This document shows positions 54,701-63,700 of a stretch of 64,000 bases of DNA, in pieces (within the stretch, counting starts at the first letter, position 1; every line of letters starts with the position of its first letter). Made by a program: the position numbers and the translations under genes. The stretch comes from Candidatus Omnitrophota bacterium (GTDB lineage: Bacteria > Omnitrophota > Gorgyraeia > Zapsychrales > JAKLDJ01). The stretch is from NCBI GenBank assembly GCA_022703585.1, contig JAKLDJ010000001.1:182891-246890 (forward strand), in the 5' to 3' direction. The notes beneath the pieces are model-generated. The model saw only the letters and a program-made list of their open reading frames with translations. It made no database searches and was not told the DNA's origin.

Positions 54701-57700
54701 TTTCCTTTGATGATGCCGTAACGCTTGATCTCATCTGGATGTTCTTCAGCGTACTTGCAAAGACTTGAATAAGTAATTCCTGTAACTTTAGCTGCCCCGG
54801 CTATATTAAGTCCTCTCAATTTCTCCTGGCCGGCCTGGGCCAGGAGGGCCGCGATTCTTAACTCCCCTGCACCCTTGACGATCCCGTAACGTATAAAATC
54901 GTCGGGGTGCCGCCGAAGATGCCTGGCGAGAGATAGAATTTTTACTCTGATAATCCTGGCTGCCTGGGTGACGGTGCGGCCCTTAAGTTTTTCCGGGCCG
55001 GCCTGGGCCAGAAGTACGGAGATTTTGGATCTCCTTTCTCCCTCTTTTATTTCGTAGAGTTTACGATCTTCCGGATGCTCATTAAAATATTGCAAAAGGC
55101 CGCCCTGGCTTACCCCGATTAGCGCAGCTGCTTGAGCAACGGTAAGGCCGCGAAGTTTTTCCACTCCCATCTGGGCCAGGAGGCCGGGAATCCTGGACGC
55201 TCTCTGCCCCCTGGTTATTCCATAGCGTGCGGCCTCGTCCGGGTGTTTCCTGAAATATTGAGAAAGACTTGTGTCACTCACCCCTATCACTTTGGCCGCC
55301 CTAAAGATGCTGAGGCCTCTTAATTTCTCTATCCCTGCCTGAGCCAGGAGATCGGAAATTGCCACCTGTTTCGGACCCTTGACGATCCCGTAACGATTGA
55401 TCTCATCCGGATGATTCTTGAGATATATTTGAAGGACACCTGACCCTGTTTTGATAACTTGAGCAGCCTGAACAATATTAAGGCCCCTCAATTTTTCTAT
55501 CCCCGCCTCGGCCAAAAGGCCTGGGATACGGGAATAAATGCTATCTCTCGCCTTCTTTCTCTCCGACGGAGACGGCATCACAACCCCTTCATAAATGAAA
55601 TAGGCCTGGTTGATCCCGACGCCCAATGCCGCGGCCGCGCTCTTAAGATTCTCATACTTCTTGCCGAATTTACCCTCCAGCATCCCAACGATAACAAGAC
55701 GTTGCGCCTGTCTAAGAGTGGGTAACGCCTGCGGCTCCGCGGCAAAGAGGCCGGCAAATTCAAGATAGCATTGCCTAACCTCGTGGGCAGCCACAGAGGC
55801 TTTGTCAACATTCTTTAAGGCGTTGCCGTAGACGGCTTCCGAGATATCCAGGAGCCTGGCGGCAATCCCGTAATTTCCCCGCGCCAGGATATTCGCCGTA
55901 TAGGCAAAAAGGATCTTGGCAAATTCAAGATAATACCTCTGCGGTAAATGGCTTCTCTCAAAACTTTCTTTAAGAAATCTCATGGCTGTTTCGATGTCGC
56001 GGTGATTACCATTCCCTCCATTTGAACCGCGCCGCTTCTCATAGGTTCTCAAGAATTCAAACGAGATACCGGCTTCGTGCAGAAAATCAAAAAAGCGCTG
56101 CGTATCGGCTCCGGAAAGACCGATAATCCCTCGAGAAGTCAGGCGCACCGGTTCGTAGAGGATGGCAGCCAGTTTTTGTTCTGTCCAGATTCGGTAGGCC
56201 TCGGCATCGGCCTCACGACTTTGATACTGCGCCTCCTCTAAAAAGAAGGGAATTTCCTGTAACAGCGCCCATGCGGCATCTTTGGATTTACAGATCAGGT
56301 GGACTATGCCCCAGAGAATTTCAAGCCGCTCAACGATAAAATTAAAATTCCTAAGCACCTCTGTGCGCAACCTGCGGCTGCCTTCTTCCGTTGCGGCCTG
56401 GGCCTGTTCCAAAATCTGCTCAACCGCATCCCCTTCAAAAAGACGCGGCAAATCACCGCTACCGGATCTTTCTAATTCTTTAAACTGCGGGACAAAGGCC
56501 TTTAACAAACGTTCCTCAAGATTTGAATAAATACGATAGCTCCCCGGCGCCCCCTGACGGGCCGCGCGCCGCTCGGCCTGGGTATCAATACGCCGTTCGT
56601 CGTTAGCCATGAGAATAACGTGCAGCCCTCCGCGCGCGAGCGCCGCCTCATCAAGAACAATGTCTGTCCCGCGTCCGGCGACATTGGTTGCGACCGTGAC
56701 CGCGCCCAAAGCACCTGCCGCGGCAATGATAACAGCCTCCGCCTCATCGTCGAGGCCGTCGAGGACCTGGTGCTCTATTTCCATCTGACGCAACAGCACG
56801 CTCACGGCATGAGCATCCCGGATAGTCATTGTCACCGCCAAAACCGGACGGCCCTTTTTGTGTTCCTCGATGATCTCCTGGGCCATAGCCGCATATTCTT
56901 CTGCCGCGTTTTCCAGGACCGTCGTCGGATATCGCGTCAAACGTGACGATCTGTGCGGAGGAATTGCAACACTTTGAATGCCATAGTTTTCTTCTATCTC
57001 CGCAGCCTGCGCGCCGATGGTTCCACTCATGCCGCTCACCACTGCCCCCAGCGCCTTCAGGCGCCGATAAAACATCGGAAAAGTAGTCAACGCCTCGGCC
57101 CGATAGGGAAGAGTGATGCCCACCTGCGCCTTGATCTCGACAAATTGATGGAGATAATTCATCCACATGTGGCTGTGTTTCCTGCGGCCGGTGTAAGGGT
57201 CGATAATCACAATGCGCCCTCCTTCACGGATAAATTGCACATTCTCTTCATAAAACTCCTTGACCACAAGCGCCGTCTCCAGTAATCGCCGGGTCACCGG
57301 CCGCTCAAAATTGACAAATAATGACTGTGCCTGCGCAGAGGATATAGCAGCAGTAATCCCTTGCGGGGTTAACATGGCCGTCCGGTGATCCCGATTAAGC
57401 TCATAATCTCCGGGCGTATTTAGTTTCTCGGCTATTTCATAAAGCGCCTTTAGGAAAATCGGGAGCATCTTGGCGCTCTCTCCCTTCGAGAGAATCAGGG
57501 GTGAAGCCGACTCATCAACCCACACGCTGTCGGCCTCATCCACAATCACAAAGGACGGCGCATAATGAATCGGTATCCTATAGCGCGGAGCAAGGCTTAA
57601 ATTCGCGCTTAGATAATCAAAGACCGCCGCGCTTTTTTCGGCATAGAGGATATCAGCGCCGTAAGCCTGTTTCTCTTCCTTCTGAATGAGACTCTGCGAG

Positions 57701-60700
57701 AATCCCTTGACCCTATAATAGCGCCCTTCACAGACACAACTGACCGATACGTCCAGCGGAGAAAGAATCTCCGCGGCCTGCAGGGCATCACGCCTGGCCA
57801 GGTAATTGTTGAACGTATGAACGTGCGCGTGCACTCCTCGCGGCAACGAGTGCACATAAGCGGCCAGGATTCCGGCGTAGGTCTTACCTTCACCGGACTC
57901 CATTTCGACAGCGAAACCTTGATACAAACAGGCCGCGGCCAGGATCTGCTCGTCATAAAGCCGTTTCCCGTTCAATCTTCTGATGCGTTCCCGGAGAATG
58001 GCAAAAGCTTCAACCAGAACTTCGTCAAGAGTATCCGGCGTGGCCCGTTTCTTCAACTCCAGGGCTTTTTGATACAAGCCACTGTCCGAAAGCGCCCGCA
58101 GCGCCTCTTCTTCGGCCGCGACCTCTTGAACAATCCTTGTTAATTCGTCCGGCGGAGCGGGCAGACGGCCTCCGTCGATAGAAGAGAACGCTCCGACATT
58201 ATCCGGCGCCTGTGTCCGTGCATCTTCCTCATCCCTTACCGTACCCGGGAAGGCAAAGACGAACGGCAACAAGGCCAAAATCCAAATCCCCGGCCACGCC
58301 AAGATGAAACCGCAAAAATCTTCTTCCCCGAAGGGCAGCTGCGCGTCCTTTAGGGGTAATTCCGACTGGGTCCGGTCTAACCCTAAAATAAACCGCACAA
58401 CCGCTAATTCATCCGGATCGCTCAAATCCTTGGAATAAAATTCCATCGCATAAACCGCGGCCTTGGGAGTTATCCCTCTAAATTTCCGGAGATCATTGCG
58501 CAGACGGACAATCGCGTTATAAAACAGGTCCTCCGGCGTCCAATGGTCCAGCGCCCGGGCAATCATCATAGCCCATCGAATACGCTCACCGATTGTAGTC
58601 AAACGTGCGCCCGTGTCCCTTAACAGGGCAATCATGGTATAGCCGTGACACGGCAGAACATCAGCCAGAATCTCATGATAAAACTCTTCTTTAACAGCCC
58701 AGGGAATCGTTCGCGTCGCGGCAACCCGCTGGCCGACAAAATCGTTTAAGGCTCTTTCAATCTGCTCATACGCCTCCCGGACTTTTTCGCGCTCACCCGG
58801 CATAAGCCAATTGCCTAACTCTGCCGCCCAGGCCGTGTCCGTCCCGTCAGGATTGTCGTGCAAAATTTCAGAAAGTATCCGGGGCAACGTAGCCCGCAAC
58901 CGGCTCTCGGTAAAGGGCTGAATAAACAGGACATACGAATCCAACCCTTCTTTCGAGAACCAATCATTACTCTTAAAGAAAATATTCCGGCATAGGCGCG
59001 CAAATTCATCCCAGTCTTTTAAAACGCTCTTTACGCCGCTCCTGAAAGGCCTTTCAAGGTCAATCCGATTTTGAATGATGTCGACGATGTCCCGTAAGCC
59101 TTCCCGGAATTCTCGGCGGGTACGGGCAAACTCATAATTATGCTCAAGGACTTCATCCGCCCTGAAGAATTGAACTTCGCGGGCAGACTCCTCTCCCGGC
59201 ACCTGAACCGTCATGAAACGGCCGATATCCGAGCGATAAAATCCGGAAACCGCACCTGTAGCCTTCTTTCCGTCGATGTCGATAAGCACAACCTGGTCAC
59301 CCGAAACAAACAATGCCTCTTTCTTTGCCGAAACCTCCGCATCGATTTCCAGGGGAATAACGCGCAAGATATTGCTGAACTTGATTCGATAAACTTCTCC
59401 TCCCGGCAATAACCGAATCAACGGCCGGTCATCGTTTTCAACCTCCGCCGGCTCTAAGATAACAACCTTGCATCCCGAAACCGTAGTACGGTCAATAACC
59501 ACTTGGTCTGTCAGGGTAAATTGCATATAGGCAATCAGCCCCTTGCGCAGGCTAATCTGCGCTGCCGGCTCCCGGTCGCTCATCAGGTACTGGAATATTT
59601 GATTTTCCGGGACAAGCGGTTTCAGCCCCAGCTTTTCCAAAAGGCTATTCACGCGCGCGAACTCTTCTGGGGTAAGCTCCGAGCTCGGTTTATCCAACAG
59701 AGAACTAAGCTCCCTTAAAGATGCATTAGTATCATCGTTAACGGCCATGCCCAAAACCGGCAATAACATCAGCGGTAGCATAAAGCAGGCAAGATTTTCT
59801 CCTCTTTGTTTTCCGGCAATCATTTCATTTCTATCGTCAAACAACGTCAATCCAAGCTCAAATCCAAGCTCTTGGGTAATAACACGCCGGTATTCTTCAA
59901 ATTCCTTTCGCGTATACATCATAGTAAGATCAGCCAGAATCCCGGGCAACCTGGTGCCAAAAGGAGAAACTTCTTCATTCGCAATTTTAGATTCTTTAAG
60001 TAATGCCTGCATTTGCGTGTTACCGCCGTACAGGATGGTGCACATGGCCCCGGGCGTTACGATACGATGGCTGACCATTGTGCCTGTTATTCTGAATATA
60101 TCCGCCAGGGCCAGTAAATCGCCCGTCGAAGGCAAGCTGTCTGCCGTCATATTTCGCTGAACCGGTAAAATAACCCCATCTTTGGGATGGGTATGCCCTT
60201 GCTCTTTAAAAGCGGCCGTTGTCATCTCGGAAAAATTATCCGTCATTTCAGTAAGCGTTTTTAAATCGGCCCACAGCGGAATAAGCTGTTCCCCTCTAAG
60301 CGTCGACGTAAGCAGACCCCGCTCGACACCGTCTTTGAGATCTCTGCCTTTTCGAAAATACCAGACATCCTCTTGCTCTAACCGGCCAAAAGTAATCTCG
60401 GAATCTGAAGCTGTTATGGCCAACGCTTGATAAAAAACATCTGTCGCAGTAATCGAACCCGGTATACAAACAACTCTTAATTGTTCATACGGCTTAAGCG
60501 CGCTTAATCGGATCAAAAGATCTTGGAGAGAATTAAATGTTATCGTCTTTGTCCGCGGAATATATGTTCCCATCTTTTCAAGTTGAAATATCAAGTATTC
60601 AACCACATCCCCAACAACATCGCTAAAGGTGGCCATCACAGCAGGAACCTCTTTTAAAAACGGCAACAAAGCGACCCTCCTCGTATTCGTTGCCCACTCA

Positions 60701-63700
60701 AGCTCCTCGCTCACCAAAAATCTTTTACAGATATCGTCAACGTTTTCCCTGCTCAGAATTACCATCTCAATACCATTGATACGCGTGAGCCGTTCGGTGA
60801 AAATCCTTCGGACAATATCAAACTCATCATCCGGGGCCATAATGCCAAGGAAGTGCGGGTCATGCGCCAAAACAAGCAATAGCTCGTCGATCTGCTGGTT
60901 AACCTGCGCCCTTCCATCCTCCAGGCTGCCGATGACGGGTAAAACAACCAAGCTAATTAGCGCCCCCAGGGCAAAAATGTTTTCAAGCCCGGCAAAAGGC
61001 AAGATCAAGGCAGCAAGCCCTTGCTGTCTTGATTGTTCGGATCGTTTTTGCTTCTGTGCTCGGTTAGAATCCGGCGTATAGCCCAAATCTTCAAACGGAC
61101 TTACATATCCTTCACCGCTATGAAACGGGCTTCGAACCGCGGCTCTTTTGATTCTCCTTCTGACTTGGAAAAGTAATTCAATATCGGCTGCTAAACCCTT
61201 GAACCGGGGATCGCGGTCTAGCTTTCTTCGATAATCATTAATGATGCCACTGACACGATTTCTTGATATCTTAAAATGGGCAGCCACCTCCGTGTTCGAC
61301 CGGCCAAGAACAAGCCATTGATTGATAATGCGCCGGTTTCTATCAGATAACCCCAGCTGCGCCATCGTATAGTTCAGGTCAGAGCTTACTCTCTCCCACT
61401 CATCATTATCAATTAACATATCAAGAACATTCCTTGTCCCGTCGGGGACATCGCCGTTCCTTAAGCCGTCAGTCGACAGGCCATTGCCGTTTTCTTCTTG
61501 CTCGGAAATCGCCTGGAGCGATAGCGTACGCCGCTGCCGCTTCATTTCCTTGAAAACTCCCAGGCCTCTTAAATATGTGATCACTTCATTGCGGATAACA
61601 CCCCTTCGCGCAGTAGGATATTCTGACAAGCGACTGCCGTTTAAGAGGGAAATAAAACTGGGGAAACCTAAAGTGCCGCCCCGGCGCATAACATAGGTCA
61701 CGGCTCTTTTAAGCGCGAGATCACCGATAAAGTTAATTTCAACGCTCGAGATTGTTTCCAAACCATGATTTCCCCAAGTGCAATAATTCAAATAGTACCT
61801 GACCCGGGCCCGCAATAAAGGAGCTAAAACTTCCCTTAAGGCTAAGTAGGCACTGCTGTTCCCCTTTTCGATAAGCCTTAATAGCGCCTTCCCTCGTTCG
61901 TATTTGCCTGCGATGCCAAGTGCTTCTTCAACTTCTTTTTCATCCGCATACGTCCCTTCCCATTGAGGAATCTTTCTTTTGTCAGAAGGTTTCTCCAATC
62001 CTAAAATTTTGCGTGCGTTTGTCATTCCGCCGACCATCCTCACCGCAATTCTTAGCCGACCGGTCAGTTGTCCGTCGATAAATGTCTCAACCGGCCTTCC
62101 GGATTCTTCCCATACCTTCTTTAACCAAAGAGCTTTGACCTCAAAAGGGACATACCCGGAGACTATGACCTCCCCGTGTTTGAGCCTTCGCTCTATCCAG
62201 CCAAGCCAAAACTCTGCCAAAGTCCTGAATTCCGACCTGTCCTTGGAGGCTGATAAATCATCCTGTAGCCGGTAAAGCGTTTCAACGGAATATTCCAGGA
62301 TATGCTTCCGGTAGGAATACAAAAGCCCCCGGAGGCTCTTGCCGCCAAAAATCCCGTTTCCGGATTGCGTGAAATCGTCCGGAATCAAATCCCAGATAGA
62401 ATCTTTCTTGACCGGCTGACTTCTAAGAAGAACATGGATAAATCTTCTAAAGATGGCGGTCTTAACTTCAGGAGATAGTTTGTGAATATCCTGCCAAAAA
62501 TCCTTTTCTCCCGAAGACCGGACTTCCCTGAACCGATTGACATAAAAGTCACAGACACTCTTTAAGGCCGGCCGCCAGTAGCGCCTAAGATCACCAATAT
62601 GAACCCCGAGATCTTCCTCGATGCGAGAGACAACCTCGCTGCGGGACAGAGGGCCTGATGTCGTGCTCATGACCAAAACAATTGCCTGCACGACAGAAAT
62701 ATGTTCAGCGATAATCGATTTTGTCTCACCGCTGCTCCTTTCCAATGCCGCCTGTAATATCTTCGGCCAGTGACAAGAAATCGCCCTTCCTTTGAGATGA
62801 ATTTTCTCGGCCAACCATACTTGAGACGGCACCCGGCCGTTTTCCTCTACGGTTCTTATAAGCAGGCTGACCGCCTCATCTAAATCAAATCTCCCTAAGG
62901 AGGATTGTTCCCCCTCCCACAACCTGATAGCTTCTTTGACTCTTTCATCACCCCGCGCCTTCAAGGTTTCCAGAACCTTCGACCAATAGCTCCCAATCGT
63001 ATCAGGATCAACGCTAAATACTTTGCCCAGCTGAGGCTGGGTGGGCAGATAGACTCGCGCAGGATCGTTTTCAAACAATGACATAATGTAATTGGCAATA
63101 GCCTCAAAAGGATCAATATAGTACTGCACCACCCATCTTAGTTTTTCATTATCCTGTTCCATCAAGGCAGGCAAAATTTTGGTCGGCCAGTACGCCTTAA
63201 TCGTGCGCAAGCTGACACGGGCTTTAAGAGCAACTGTTTCCTGTGTCGGAAGTTTTCCAGTTTTTTCAAAGATATTTTTGATGATCCGAACAGTTTTTTT
63301 CAGGTCAAATGTGCCGCGGGAGGCACGCTGTTGGTTGCGGGCGCGGACAATTTCCGCTACTCTGGCATCGCCCTGTTCTTCAAGGCCGCCTAAGATTTTC
63401 TGAAGATGAAGCCCTGCGGTAGAAATGCTGACCCCAACCCCATCGGCAATAAAGGGAATGGTGGGCATTTTTTTGGCTTGCGGATTTTTACTGAAATAAT
63501 CCAAGAGAAAATCAATGGTCCTCTGCAAATCAAAATCACCGCTGGGTTTTCTTTCTTTGGCCATACCGATAACAGGGAAGAAAGAACAAAGGGCCGCACC
63601 AACTGTCCACTGACCAAAATTAAAGAGGGCCGCTGCAGCACCAGTTCCAACCCCACCAGCCACGGAAGAGGTTATTAGAACTGTCAACTCAAAGAGAGTT

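Noticed and set aside
52575-55560. Tandem repeat array as a CRISPR array or satellite DNA
   Set aside because: The units are about 175 bp, in frame and protein-coding (a conserved HTH-like peptide). There is no repeat-spacer architecture.
2883-63656. Minus-strand ORFs in the track (for example 23415-23960, 42777-43295, 56744-57166)
   Set aside because: All are in codon phases 0 or 2. They overlap the phase-1 frame that carries the real domains, so they are off-frame artefacts.
600-63665. The LGC/LAC motif as a lipoprotein lipobox or signal peptidase II site
   Set aside because: The spacing does not fit L-(A/S)-(G/A)-C, and the motifs are internal, far from any N-terminus.
600-63665. The Cys modules as inteins
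   Set aside because: There are no intein blocks (no CLxxDT-like block A, no terminal HN plus C/S/T). The modules are only 30-60 residues.
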